This document shows positions 1 through 41,740 of a stretch of 64,000 nt of DNA, piece after piece. Under the pieces are notes generated by a model. It worked only from the letters and a program-made list of their open reading frames with translations, did no database searches and was not told the DNA's origin. The stretch lies in NCBI GenBank assembly GCA_013239625.1, contig MU054187.1, forward strand, positions 1,611,964 through 1,675,963. The letters run 5' to 3'. Every line of letters begins with the position of its first letter. The stretch's first letter is position 1. The position numbers were made by a program, and so were the translations under genes. This stretch comes from Lama guanicoe. Taxonomy: Eukaryota.

Positions 1-399
1 TCCCAAAAGTTAACAGGTTTTGCTTCACTTTCGTCCTCTCAAACAGCTAGAAACCAAGACTTACATTTTTTGTGTTTTATTTTAGCTACTGTGTATGCTA
101 CTTTAATGACATTTTCTTTATTAATACTAGAACCAGATATATTGACCAACAAGCAGTACAGATCTAGAGTATCTTCCCGGCAGTCGCGGGGCTGCTGACC
201 AGCTCCTGGGATCGAGCAGACTCCCGGTGCCACAGCAGGCCGTCTCCAACTAGCAGCATGACTCAGGAAGGTCACGCTCCCACCCCAGGCCTCCTGCCTC
301 ACCGCAAAATAAAGGGCTAGATTTGGTGACTTCCTCTATCTTATTCTGGTGTAAAAATTCCATGAATACAGTGCTCATCATTTTCAGTTAATTTTACTT

Positions 400-2543
400 C
401 ATCTTTATTTGCTACTCTCCACATATAAAGCATAATTATCCACAAATATAACATGATTCATTAAAAAATAAACACCCAAAATATTCTTAATCATTCTGAT
501 ATATTCCCATTAACAGATAAAAGGGCTTTCACTTAAAATTTCATTTTTTATTTCTATTTCTTTATTTAAAGTCAATAATAAAGTCAGGACTGTAAAATAA
601 ATGCATTTAAAAACACAAAAGACACATTTCAATGACAACAAATAGGCAATGATCATGAAAATCTACTGTACATTTTGCCAAGGTCAACAGAGAGCTGATA
701 TGAAAAAAATCAGTCTTCGAATATATTCTTAACAGAAACCTCCCTCATGAATAGTGAAATTATCATTTAAGAAAACATATGTTTACATATCTGGAAACTC
801 ACTCCAAAAACAACAAAGCTGGGTGGGGGTCGGGGGGCTTGATAAAAATATGTGGGCACCAGAACTCAAGATTAAACTTCTAAAACTAACATATATTTCA
901 AAATAAAATGAACGTTGCTAATGGATGAAAACCGTATGAAACTTTTTTTCCTTGATGGAAATGAGATGGGGCGTTTCTTAACAGTAACAGCTCAGTAGTC
1001 ATCTAAGAAAAGCTGTGGAGAAACCCCCCAACCCCCAACCCCCACCCCCAAGCCGCAGGCCCAGTTACTGGTACAACAGACGGCTTCCATAAAGGTATCT
1101 TTCCTATTACTAAAATATCTTCATTTACCTGGGATAATTCATGCTTAGAATATTTCAAACACTTGCTTTTAGATGCAGAGCATTCCCAGAGCTGGGATCT
1201 TTAAAACCATCTATATATTACTAAGGGTTGACTCTGCAGCGAGAGAATAACCCTTCCACTAGACACTGATCGGGTTTCCTCGAGTGTATTTGATCAATTA
1301 TTGTAACAGTGATGCTGGTGATAGTAAGTGATACTCTCAAATTTTTCATTTTAAAAAATATATAATCCATGTAACACTAGTAAAGAAGTTGCACTGCGTA
1401 CTTTCCTAAAAGGAAGGGCTCTCCAGGCCCTGGAAGGAAGAAAAGCAACAGCTCATGACGGCATCTCCTGCCTGTGTTATCGCCAACATTCCAGCGATGA
1501 ATGGAACGTGTGACACTAAGCAAAACGATGCAGGCCGCTGTAATGTTACCACGAGAAACAAGAACGAAAGACAGGAGGAAGTCAGATGAGCACAACGCAG
1601 GTCCCGAAGATCGCATGGTGACGCCGACCCTTCACAGCACGCGGCCTCCACACAGCGCCCCAGGGCTTCCCGGGCCGCGGGGTGGGTCCCAGGGCAGGTG
1701 CGGCCAACTCAGCCCGCCCTCGTCGACGGTGAGCGGGCGGGCGCGCCGGGGGCTCCCTGTGCCGACGCGCTCCCGACACCTGCTCTGGCCGTGGACAGTC
1801 ACCCAAGCGGTCCTGGGCACCCGCCTCGCCGAGCTCGTGGTCTGCGAGCGCTGACAGCGCGGGGGCCCACGCGGACCACGAGCTGCACTGCGCAGTGTTG
1901 AACACGGACACTCACCTAACGTGCTGTGCAGGTCTCTACGAGAGAAGCAGGCGTTTCCCCGTGTCTTTTGGCAATGGATTCAAAAGCGGGAGCAGCAGTG
2001 CCGTGAATGCCGCGGAGCGTGGGCTGACTTCAAGCTCAGTGCTCAGTCCCGTGGTTGCTGCTCCCTCGCTCTGTGTCCGTGGCTGCCACAGAAGTGGGGG
2101 GCGGGTCTGCAGAGCACTTCCTCTCCCTGTCAGGTGACAAAGTTCCCACGGAGGACACGCAGACGGCTGCATCCAGATCAGACTGTACACGCCTCGTGGT
2201 CACTTCAGCCCATTCAGAAGTCACCCGGACCCTCACCACCACCCCTGTGCGAGGACCAGGCGATGACTCGCAGTCCACTCCGGACGGTTGTTGGACTACA
2301 CTCTTGAAGTTGCTCTGAGTTAAAACAGCAATTTTCCCAAGATTTAAAGAAAATATATTTTATAAAAGGGATTCTTTGTAATCACTGAATACATCATTTA
2401 TTTACTAAGACAGAAACAAGTTAAACGTTTTCCACTATAAATTCACTCTGATGAAAGAAAGAATTCTCCTTTAACTCCTAACAGACGCTACGTTTTCAAG
2501 ACTAAAGGAATCATCAGTAGGCATTCTCTCTTCTCGCTCTAGG
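400..2543 (-). other. PCMTD1: PCMTD1 3'UTR (distal end uncertain)
   Basis: Follows the stop codon; AU-rich distal part with several minus-strand AATAAA hexamers. Confidence 0.6.
404..566 (-). terminator. Cluster of candidate polyadenylation signals (AATAAA at 561-566, 547-552, 404-409)
   Basis: tttatt on the plus strand at these positions in AT-rich context. Which one is used cannot be determined from sequence. Confidence 0.45.
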
Positions 2544-30028
<27,485 letters not shown>

Positions 30029-30133
30029 CTGAAAGGGAATGAAAACAAACAAGTTTAAATTAATGTTCAAAAGGAAAGCAATTCCACTTTATTAAGTAGA
30101 TAATGGTCATCATGACTGACTGCCATTTCTCAA

Positions 30134-30260
30134 GGACATACTGTGTTCCAGGCAGCGTCAAGCCCCTTGAGTATTTTATGTATTCTCATAACCACCACAG
30201 AAGGCAGCTTAAGCATGATCTCATCTGTGCAGACAGGAAACCTGGGACACAGAACAGTCA
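30134..30260 (-). mobile_element. MIR SINE fragment
   Basis: Degenerate MIR core (catactgtgttccaggca...tgcagacaggaaacctgggacacaga). Confidence 0.5.
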
Positions 30261-30283
30261 CCTCATGCTGTGAGGCCCAGTAA

Positions 30284-30425
30284 GGTAGCCACTGGTCACA
30301 CTTGGCTGCCTAGGCCTGAATTAATTAAAATTAAATGTAATTAAAAATTGAGTCCATCACACCAGACACACTGCAAGTGCTTCACAGCTCCACGTGGCCG
30401 GAAGCTGCCGAACTGGACAGTGCTG
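30284..30425 (-). mobile_element. hAT-Charlie relic, MER3-like
   Basis: ggtagccactggtcaca...aattaattaaaattaaa...caagtgcttcacagctccacgtggc...ggacagtgctg. Confidence 0.6.
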
Positions 30426-33400
30426 CTCCTGGCAGGACACGCTGGGTCATCACCAAGTTGTGTGGCCTTCTTCAGAGTATGGAAATACGCATGAGCTAAT
30501 TGATTTAAAAGTTAAAATTCCTAAACTTAAAAATCCACTAACAATTCCTAAATGCACCATATAAATTCAAAAGGTTAACATAAAGAAAAACATGCTAACT
30601 AAACAATGAATTAAAAAGTGGAACTTAAAACAGACTCACACATTTAAAATATGTCTATGTGTGTACGTATTAAGATTGTTTTGTCTGATAAACCCTGTCA
30701 TGATAAATGAAACCAAAAATTTCATTAACTTTAATAGTTTAAGCACTAGAACATATGCTGTTATACACACATGTACAATGAACTTTTTTAACAAGTCAAA
30801 TAGCATCTCTGAATGGAAACTTAAGTGCAACTTGATAAATAAGAATTTCAATACATAATCGTGAATACACAATTTAAGCTTTATTCAATCAGTCAATAAG
30901 TAAATTCATATTTCAATTAATTTCTGAATTAAAAAATCAGGAGAGAGGGAAAGCGAGAAATTAAATATCCATGGCCAAAAACCAGAGTTACGACTGCCCA
31001 CCTGGCAAGGCTGAACCTTCACTCTGGACTTGAAAGGCTGTGAGGGCCCCAGTGTCCCGAGCCCCAGCACTGCAGGCCGCTTCCTCCCCAGAGCCTGTTT
31101 CACTGTCCAGACCCCCTCTGGTCTTTTCCTAGGATCTCCTCAAATTTTCCGGGCAGAGGAGAGATTGTAAATTCATGTCACACTCCTATTTGACTCAAAC
31201 TTCCTTACCCAGATGATGGGTGGCCTCCGCAGGTGACCTCAGAAACGGGCACCGTTGCTCCTTCAAGCATCTGGCCCTGGGGAGGCCACGCCAGCACTCA
31301 CAGGTGTTTTTAATGGCATGTTCTCCAGCACAGACCATCTTTCCTGGCACTAAGACTGAACATCCTCCCAAGACCAAGAAAGAGCTGCAAGGCTGGGCTG
31401 GGAGGCCATTTCTGCGCATCTCCAGTGCAGCCCCCGCTGAGGGCTCTGAGAGAGAAATCCAGCCTCTGCATGGACCTTTAACAAGCGGCTCGACTGGAAG
31501 GGCCATGATTTACTTGTTTGAAGAAGTATTCCCCTTCGTTTCTGTTCAGGGGCTTAAAAGTGACCTCGCCCTTCTCAGGTCCTTCGGAATCCTGTGCAAA
31601 ATTATCACAGCAGAGCAAACGTGGGCTTCACTGCGCAGAAGCTCACACTCTTGGGGGTGAGAGGCAAGAGGAAGAACCGAGCAAACAGGAACTACCACCA
31701 TCTGCCACCACCCATACACGAGCCCACTAAGGCTTTAAGTAAAAAGCTGAAAACAGAGTACCTCCCCATGAGACATCAGATGCTGCTATAGTGTCTTCAA
31801 GTGAGCTGGGGGACCGAGAGTGAAGATGAAATAACGCCAAGGCATTTTCCCTGAACTAAAACTAATGAAGGCGATAGCCAGGTTCAGATCTTTACGTGCT
31901 GATAAAAAATTATATCCATATGCAAATAAAATGATACCCATAAGGAAGTGATCTTCCAGGACCTGAATCTCCAAGGAGGAAGGTGAACCCTAGGGTTTAA
32001 GGCTCTCAAGGATTGACTGTGATGCCAGGTGCAAATCCCAGGAGAGATTTAGCTGTGCTAGAAATTTTACGATTGTTACTGTTTCTGCTGGTAAACTGGC
32101 TATGGAGGTTTTGAGTGGTGTGCCCCAAGGCTATTTCTCCCACAAGCCCTGTCTTGCAGAACATTAGGTGTTATCAGATGGTACAGTAGGAAAACTCAGT
32201 ACTCGACCTCTCAGACTTTTGAAAAGATCTTAGAACCTCAACGACCCCAGACCACACCTGAAAACAGCTAGCATAAACAATTACAGAATCAGATGACACA
32301 GGGTGTCACGGGGCACCTAGTCCAGACACGGTGAGGGCAGGGAGGAGATGGAGGGATGGGAAGAGTCTCCTACAGGAGATGAAGCCCTTGTAACAAGCAC
32401 AGGAGGCAGAAGGAAGGAAAGGTGCTTAGGGATGTAGGAAAGACAAGGGGCAAGATGCCCACTCAGGGCACAGCAAAAAAAAACAGTACCGGAGAGCTGA
32501 GCTCAGGGACAGAGAGCAGTGCTAGTGAGGCCAGAAGAACCAGGGAGCCAGCAAATTCGCAGGCCACACACACACTGAGTTTGGACCTCCTCCTGCAGGC
32601 AGTGGAAGCCAGGGGAGGGTTTTAGACCAGGAGAGGCATACTGTGTGGCACGACATTAAGGAAAAACCAAAACTGCACGAGAAAGGGACTAAAGTCACAA
32701 CACACTATCTGGTCTATGGAGGACCACGTTTACATAGTCAGAATAGTGAAAACATGGTTGCTGGTTGAATTGGACCAATCATTTAGCCACACTGGAAGGA
32801 TGGGAGGGGTATGGGAGTTAACACGCCATCTGTGACAGAAAGCAGAGAAAGCAAAACCCATCTGAAAGAGAAAGCGTCTTGCCAAGTGTCCAAGAAGGTC
32901 TTGGTTTGCTCATGGAGGTCATATCCCTGTGTGACAGCCAGATGCTTTCTAAGCTCCCTCTGGAGTGTGAGCCTCCTGGGGTGCAAACCAGTGAAGCAAG
33001 GAGCTGCTAAGCCTTGTTGTTTTCAAGGCTTGTACTTTCACCGAACTTTCTAAGCTGTGTTTATGCATTATAAGAACAAAACCGACAAGGTAAAAATGAA
33101 GGATATATACATGTGTATTTATTTATACCAGATGAAGTACAATAAAGACACATGGAGGATAATTTCCTAGGGAATAAAAATACGTTTAACAAAATAAGTC
33201 TACAGCAGAAAAATCAAGGAACAAAAAAGAGATCATAATATAAACAATAATTTACACTATAGAGCTTCAAAGATGTCATTTTTATCATATACTGTTCCCA
33301 GAAATTGAGTAATTTTATAAGTCACTGATTTGATTATAAAGTATGTGCATTTGTAAAAAATTTGAAAACTGAGTAAAATTTTAAAAAAAATTATTGCTAA

Positions 33401-35304
33401 TCCTAACCTTCAAAGAGTCACTATTATTTTCTTAGTATCTACATTCTTGTTTAACACAATATTGGTATTTAACTGTAGATGTTATTTTAGACCTTCACTT
33501 AGTATGTTTTCAGCATTTATTCACACCATCAAAAATTCTTCCAAAATCCAGGGGTATGACATCCCACCAGACAGATGCACGAATCCCCTGACTGCTGGAC
33601 CAAGAGATTTTAAATTGATTATAATCAGTGCACATATGAGGAGGTTGCAAGTTAAATCTGCAGTGAATATTGTGATAATTCAACAATAATCCCCTAACTT
33701 GAAATACAGTGCATTTTTTATGAGTAAAGCAAACAGAATTAAAAAAGCCATTACAGCACAGGTCATGAAATGTGTTTCCCATGTGGTCTTTCTGAGATGG
33801 TTCCACCTCAACCACGGAAAAGTGCCCACCAAGCCAAGAGACCCAGATCCAGCCGGAGCCCACGGACAGCTCTGCTGCCCAGCTGTGGGCAGCTCTCTGG
33901 AACACCGGGCCCTCACCTGCGACACCAAGAGGCTACATTCCGAGTCCTAACGCTCTGCCGGGCTCTGATTTGCCTGCTCGCCTTGAGTACAAGGCACTTC
34001 AGTTACTCGGGAGTGAGTGTCCAAGCCTCAGCATTTCAGTCATTTCAGTCAGTTTTTTTCTGCCCACTCCATTTTCTCTAACAGAAAAAAAAAACTAAGG
34101 GTGTTCAAGTCCTGCACTAAACAGCAAAAGCGAAGTAAGGACCGAGACAAAGAATAAGAGGCAAAGGGCAAACGACGATAGAGCAGCTCTGTCTGGGGAG
34201 GACACGACTCGCTTCTGGCATTTTCTCTCCAGGAGGTGTGTCTTGGAGGGGGGAGAAACAAGGGCGCGTTCACAAGAACTCATCTGAACTGGTATGCAAG
34301 CGTTCTAAAGCTGCCTGCCTTTCTTTCAGACTCAGATCTGTGATTTGTGTGTTTGGCTGAGGGGAAGTTCTGCTGAAGGCTGGCTCAGTATCACGGGGTC
34401 TCCAGGCAGCCTGGGGTGTTCTATGGAAGGTCAGGGACAAACCCAAAGGGGTGGGAAGCAGGCAGACAGCAGACAGATGTCCTGGTATGGGATGAGGACA
34501 GACCGAACGCTGACTCCGCCCCTCCCCTCTTGCACCTGGGTGGCAGCCAGTGGCTCCTCACGCTCCCTCCTCTGCGGAGGTGAGGACAAAGCTCACCCGG
34601 CCTTGGGGGAAGGAGCGCAGTGACCCAGAGGGGAACACGCTATCTGAGGGCGTGAACAAGTATCTCTCTTCCTCGAGCCCTCAAGGCACCTGTCGTGGGA
34701 CTCACGATGGACCAAGGCTGCTCTGAGTACAGCAGAGTGTAACTGCACAGGTGGAAACTTCTCTCAGTGGTGACAAGCAGGTGTAATGAAATATAAATAC
34801 AGATCATGAAAGAAAGAACAAGAAAGAAAAGGCTAAGGTCCACCACTGCTGTGCCAGAAACTGCTGGGAATGTCTAGCTATCTCTGCATCCACAGATGAA
34901 GACAAGCTTTCCCTGGTTCCGGGGGGACCACATACACGTGCGGCGTCCTAGGTACCTGCTACCTACTGAGGGGGCTGCTTCTTCACTGTCCCCATGAAGA
35001 GGCACTGACCTTACCTTATGGAGAACAAAGGTCAGAGGCCACGAGACAAGATCACAGCTGGTGGGGGCTGAGCCAGGACTCCAATCCGTCCGCCAGGCCA
35101 TGAAACCTCCAGAAATAGAGCAGCAGGCGGCACAGAGGCTCCTGATCCCTCCCTCAGAAGTAAACTTTTCATTCTCTTAGCTGAAAAGATGTTCAATTCA
35201 GATCTCCTTTCCTCTCTCTCAGCCTCTCATTTCCTCCTTTTCCTCCCTTTTGTACTCTTGGTTCCAAAAAAAGAATGGAACAGCGAGAAATGAAGCCTCT
35301 GACG

Positions 35305-35440
35305 TCATTTACTGACTGGACAGCCTCAGGCAAATTGTTTAACCTGTGACCTTCGCTTCCCCATCCATAAAAATGGGCAAAATAATAACCACATCATAAA
35401 TTTGGGAAGACTACACCGTGTGCTGCATATAAAGCTCCTA
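35305..35440 (+). mobile_element. MIR SINE fragment
   Basis: ggcaaattgtttaacctgtgaccttcgcttccccatccataaaaatgggc. Confidence 0.6.
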
Positions 35441-38044
35441 ACATATACAAATCCAATAAACACTTCATTTTCTTTCACTTTATGACAAAAAGGACACAGT
35501 TGAAACTTTTACTTTTAAACACAGAAGACCAAAAAGGACAAACAAAAAAGTGCCAGTTCTGAAATCCAGCAGCGTCACCACCGAGTGATCTCCCTAAGAC
35601 ACGTTACAGGGGGAAATGTCAGTCCTGAGGCTGGAGGTGCCAAGAAGAAAAGCAACTGATAAGCCGCTGTCTCCTCCCCCAACCCTGCGGGTTCACTACT
35701 ACAAAGAGTTTAAAGGAAGGAAGGATGTCTGCCGGGGCTGTCCAGGATCTACAGCTGGAGTCACGTTACTCCAGGGCTGCTTCCCAGCCCCTCCTTGCCC
35801 TCCACCCTCTCACTCTCCTCCTCTCCCCGGTGCCAGTGAACAGCAGTGGAAGTCCAAGGTGGAGAAACAGTAGGTGGTGGCTCAGAGTTCAAGGTGCAGG
35901 ACATGAGGTGATAAAGAAGGACAAACTGTTTCAAAAGGACAAACTGGAAGCAACCCACTCTGAAATTTCCCTATTTTGACAGTTACAGAATCTCACATAG
36001 CTCCAAAAGTCTCCCCTCTCCTTTCACTCAAAGACCTGAATACACGACCTCTTCAAGCCCCCCACACCCAGAGCCAGCCTGTGGGCCACCAGGCACGGCC
36101 CCAAGTGGACACACGAACACCCCGAGCACGCGGACTCCTGGGGACCTCTGACCTGACAAAGCAGTCCGCGAGCAATGACCTACTCGTGTTGGAGGAGTCT
36201 TGCTCATCATCTTTCAGTTCTTCAAGAAACACTAAGCAGTGCTACACTACAGCCCAGGGCAGCAGGACGGAAGAGCACACCCTTGGCTCCTCCCAGGTCA
36301 GGCTCTCAAAGTGGGGCTTATTTCATCTGAAAAGTTATGAATTCACACAGAACATTCAAACGGAAATAAAAGAATACTCCAAAGCAAAATTACACGGTCT
36401 GGGAACTACCACAGTCCAGACAACCTGTGTCTGCTCCCTCCACTAGTCTGTCTTAGAAGAAACCAAAAGATGAGCTCCCACCACAGCTGCACTTCGTGGC
36501 TCCGTGTAATGCCGAGGCTGGCCTCGTCACACAAGGTGACTTTAAGCAAGTCATTATCTTTTCTGATTTTGGTGTTTTCAATTGGAAGATAAAGTCATTA
36601 AATCAAATTGTTTTGATGGTACTTTTAAAAACTGTCAAAAAGCCTAAATAAACTCCTTTACTAAACAAAGAATTTAAGTAGACGGACTAGAGTTCTTCGG
36701 CGTCATAAAATGGCGTCTTCCTGAAGTCCACAACAGTCACTTTATCTACAGACAGACACTAGTTACAGCTCCACAGAGCAGAGCCTTGCTATGTAACAAT
36801 CCCAACTCATGTGATTTCATAAGCACCTTAGGGTATTTACACAGGACAGGTGGTACTGCCCATACCACACAAATGACGAAAGTCAACTGAAAAGGAGTAG
36901 ACTATTCCAGATTTCGCAAGCAACACAGAGGTGGAGTCTGGCCTCACTCACAGATCTTACATCACACACCACTACTAATACTCACATCATCAGAAAGAAA
37001 ACAACTAGAAATGTAGGTCTGAGACCCTTAGGAAATGCAGGCACACACCGCACTGATACTAATTACTGGGACAAACAATTCTATCCTTATTCTTACTCCT
37101 AACCCAGAGAAGGCTTAAGAAGTTTTTAAAAATGAACTGCCATCACATTATCATAACACCAGGGGCCCTAGAGGAAGCACAAGGAGGCTCACCTTAAATT
37201 CAAATGATTAATCCGTCCTCAAGGGCTTCTTCGCTTAATGAAACTCGTTTTGAGATAACTGTCCAAACTGCACCACCAAGAGGCTTGGGAAGCTCTTTAA
37301 ACCAGAGCCCAGCACCTCCCTCCAGGCTGCACCTAACGCTTCTTCACCCTGCGTCCTGCAAGATGAGCAGGACCCAGACACGTGGAGGAAAGAATGTTAA
37401 AGGAGGCTTCAGTTCACAGAGACGGTCTCTGTTCAAGGAAATCAGTCTCTTACACATTTAGTGTCTTTTCAGAAAAATGTTTAAGAATTACTTTCAATTT
37501 GGCTAAAATGAATTCACAGAACTAAAGATCTTTAATAACAAATTATTTCATTTTAATTAGATTGGTCTTCAAACTATAAACAGCAGTCAGACTGTATGAG
37601 TAAAATTATGTTTATCGACAGTGTATTTTAAACCACTGAATGCTCTCTCAACAAAAAGTTCCTCAAGGCAATCAGTATTACATTTGGCTATTTTAAGTGC
37701 TCGGCACAAAGACTTCATTTGATGATTTCTTCATTTAATAAACAAAAACTGATCACCTATGTATGTCTCGGAAACTGACAGGCACGCAGAGGACAGTGCT
37801 GAGTCACAACACTCAGCAATGTGAAACTGGTTAGAATTCAGCAGAGTTTTCATCAACAGGAATGTAACAATTGCACTTGGCTCATTTGCTACCCTTACAA
37901 GGGTCATGTGGAGAATGAATACTAGTATATCAAATTGTAACTTGGTGTCAAGTTGTATGTTCACTGTGAGTCCTAGTCTAACAGAAAAGTGCTCTTTTAA
38001 CATAAAAACCACACTTAAATGAAAGCTCACATGACACAGCGGGG

Positions 38045-38245
38045 GCTCTGGGTTGGGAGCCTTTTCTACAGCTTCTTAGCTATGTGGCCTCAGGAAGCAC
38101 AGTTCACCTCTCCAGGCCTCGGCTGCTACACAGGGAAAACAATGTTAATAATAATAATCACCTCGCAGGATTAGTCAGAAATACATGTAATAACACACGA
38201 AAACTGCCTGTGACCTTTCCTGACACACACTGAGCACTCAACAGC
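38045..38245 (+). mobile_element. MIR SINE fragment
   Basis: cttcttagctatgtggcctcaggaag...aataataatcacctcgcaggatt. Confidence 0.5.
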
Positions 38246-38956
38246 TCCTTCCACGATTTAGCAGAGACCTGCTTATTAGTCCTCTCACAGATGAGCGTGT
38301 CCCCATTTCAAGAAATATTCATCAAATGCATAAAAATCTAGTAATAACGTATAATAAGTGCATATAAAATACTTTGGATGTTAGGCGCCAATTTGCAATG
38401 AGATCTCAACAACCGTACGATTGTCTGAGGGAAACCAAAGCCTGGAAAGATTGGGGCAAGACCGTGGGGATATAACTCATGAGCTGGATGGAACTGGAGG
38501 AGTCAACATGAACTCGTGATACGAGTTAAAAAATATATATATACACACGTATGTACACATGAGCACACATACAAGTGAAGAGGAAGCTACAGAAAACACA
38601 CATGCACAGTTTTCCTTGTTCATGAAGACCTGCCAGACTGATGACGGCTGCTCCCCTCCTGCTGCAGAAGGTGCTGCGTCCCTACTCCTCACTCCACTCC
38701 GTCTGCAAACACTGCCATCTCCTCCCGCACAATGAGATCCTTAAGTGTCCACTCCCTGCTCGTGTGTCACCTGCAGGTTCTCTGCTCCCAGCTCCCACCA
38801 TCGGCCTGGCATCTTCGCCAATGCAAGCTCCAAAGCCCCAACAACCGCGCTGTCTGAACGGAGGGTCGGCTCACCCACTGCCCCTCTGAATCCATCTTTT
38901 ATTCTGCAAGCTTGTCTTACATCTAATTTCCACTACATTTCATCTTCAGTGCCCAG

Positions 38957-39278
38957 TCCTCTAGCTAACTTCTTCTGTAAATGGCCAGACAGCAGATTTT
39001 TTGGACTCGCAGGCCGGCTTCCATCGCAACTTCTGAACTCCGTGCTTGGAGAGCAAAAGCAGCCACGAATGAGTAAGCCAGAATGGCTGGGCTCCACAAA
39101 CTGTATTTATGGACTTGAACCCTGAACTGCCCATAATTTTCACATCATAAAATATCACTCTTCTTTTAGTTTTTTTTCCACCCGTTTGAAAATGTAAACA
39201 CCATTCTCAGTTTGTAGGCCACACAAAACCAGGCAGAGGGCCAGGTCCACCGCACAGGCCATCATCTGCTGACACCTA
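38957..39278 (+). mobile_element. hAT-Charlie MITE, MER58B-like
   Basis: ttctgtaaatggccagacag...ataattttcacatcataaaatatcactc...aaaatgtaaacaccattctcag...tgctgacacct follows the MER58 layout. Confidence 0.75.
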
Positions 39279-41740
39279 CCAGGATCACTTCCTTCCCAAA
39301 CCACGTCGGTCCCACCAACAAGGCCCCACGCACTGCCTCGCACTGCCCTCCCCTCCTCATCCTAAGCAGCCGCCTCAGTCCTCCAGCAACATCCTGACCT
39401 GGGCAGCCCCACTTCCCCCGCACCAGGCTCCTCCGCAGCCTCCCTCGGGTGGTCTGCGGAACACAGCTTCTGGTCAAACACCTCTCTGCGAACATCTTTC
39501 CCCAGCACCCCAGAGAGCAGACTTCTGGCAAATTCCATCAAGGAGGCACCACAGCAACACCTCCGCTCTTCAGTGAGCCCCATGCCCTCTCACCAGGTTT
39601 GGATCTCAGCCCCCATGGCCTCTCCCCCGAGGGCTCAGTCGTAGACCCAGGGGTAGGGGCTGCTCCTTATACCATTTCCAGAGTCTTCAGAGCTCTCTTT
39701 ACTCACAGCCAATCCCCTTTCAGGTAATAATTCCTTACATTAAACTCTGCCTGTTCAAATGACCACGTGGTTTCTCTTTCCCATTTGGACTAGACTGACA
39801 CAAGCCTGAAGACTGAATGCCTCCATTCAGGTCAATGAGGAAATGAAGGACAAGCAGGCAGGCGGGAAGATGAGCGGGGCGCCCCCGCTGCTGACGCTCC
39901 GCCCCGGACATCTGCAGTCCCACGGACCTGCCTTAAGTTGCCATATCTTCCAACACTTCTCCCTCACACCGTCCTTGTTTTTTTAAACTTCTAAGTATCT
40001 GAAAGTGTTTTATCTTGGTTTCCTGTGTTAAACACTGGTCACCAGCTTTTCTGTGTTATGAGAGCTGCCCACCATGATCACAGAGGGAGATCAGACAGCC
40101 AACAGTGACCGAGAGGACTGAGGGCAGCAGCGCCCATCCTGCCGTCCTCAAGTTCCAGCTCAGGAGACACATCGCTGAGCCAAACTTTTAGACAGAAGGA
40201 TGCCAGGTGGCCTCATCTACTGGGAGTCAGCTTACACATGAGCTTGTTCACCGAAGCATCACATCCTTCTGGAACCCTTGCTTCCCTGTATAGACTTCAC
40301 TGATCATTAGCACACCTGGAAAAGGATAAAATAAAACCAGTGAAAAAGTCATTAAATTTCATGCAGGCATAGTAGGCAAGCTAAAAACAGAAATTCACAA
40401 GGGAACAAGGAGCAGGGCAACAGTAGAGCCAAAGTCTTGAAAGAGATGCCAGAGATAAGTGATAGTAAAGGCTACTTTTTCTTGCTAGTGGCATTTCAAA
40501 TGAAAAGAAGACCAGGCCACCAAAACACATTCATTGGAAAAAGCAGTCCCAGAGTTGTAGGAACACGAGGGAAAACTAAATATAAAAACAGGCAGAAAAG
40601 AATTCAATGAACTTGTCTTACTACTCATTTAGCAGAAAATAATTCTGGAAGAAAGCAACATAAAAGACACTAAATAAGCCACACAAATTTTGCTGCTGTC
40701 CTAAAAATGCAACACTGGGCCAGAGAAGGGTAGTAACTGCCAGAAACACACCCTCATGTTTCTATAGCACATTTGTTTTATTTTAGTGTGTTCAGCAGGA
40801 AGGTGTATGTGTTTCGGAGGAATAAAAATATTTTCAAAGACAGTAATTTCTAGTAATTTGTCTTATCCAACTACCTTACTGTAATTTTTCCTTTATTTAC
40901 TGCTGGTGAGCCTAGGGTCAAAATTTACTTATGTGTATTTACAGTGAATGCACAGGACAGTCCTTCTTTCCTACTGAGAACAAATCATATATTCTACTCT
41001 TTCAAATACAAGACTCTGTCCCCCAAACCAGAAAGACTCCATCTGGCATTTTCACAAGGACCCCAGCTTCTGTCTGCCAGAAAAGTGACTTAAACCGCTG
41101 TTAACTTTGTCCACGCTTCCCTCCAACGTACTGCCTCAGGGAAGTTAGGGCAGGTATGTAATTCTCCTTTCTTCTGCTGAGCTGATTCAAAATCACCCTC
41201 CTCTTCAATACAAACTATCATTAATAAGTTACTAATCTCACAGAGTGGGTGTTCCCACCATCACTTCAAATTGAATACATCCCAAACCAAAACCTTCCCC
41301 ACAGCCTCTCACCTTTCTATCTAGCTACTCTCCTCAATTACTCCCATTGCTCGTAGTGACAATTCCATTCTTTTGCTGTGTTTATCAATTTTAGCTAGAC
41401 TACTGCAACTAACTTCAAGATGGTCTTCATACCTGGAGTTCTCCCGAAGTCAACAGTATGCTGCATACCATTTCGATTCACCTGCCAAATATACCACTTT
41501 TATCATTAAAGGACAAAGGTCTAGAAACTCAAAGGTGCCTCCAGGACACTACGAAAGTAAGAGAAAAACCCCACCTGGCAAGGCTCAGGGCCACTCCCAT
41601 TTAAACGCAGTAGCACTGGTTTTAACTTTTTTGTTAACAGTTTTGTAAATGTCACCTCAGTATTTTTTGTTGGGAGAAGAGGCTGCTTAGCAATCACTTC
41701 CCTAAGGAATCAAATGATTACAGTATTGAAAAAAAAAAAC

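Noticed and set aside
1377..2318. ORF cluster in the 3'UTR
   Set aside because: Explained by the local GC-rich block; no recognisable product.
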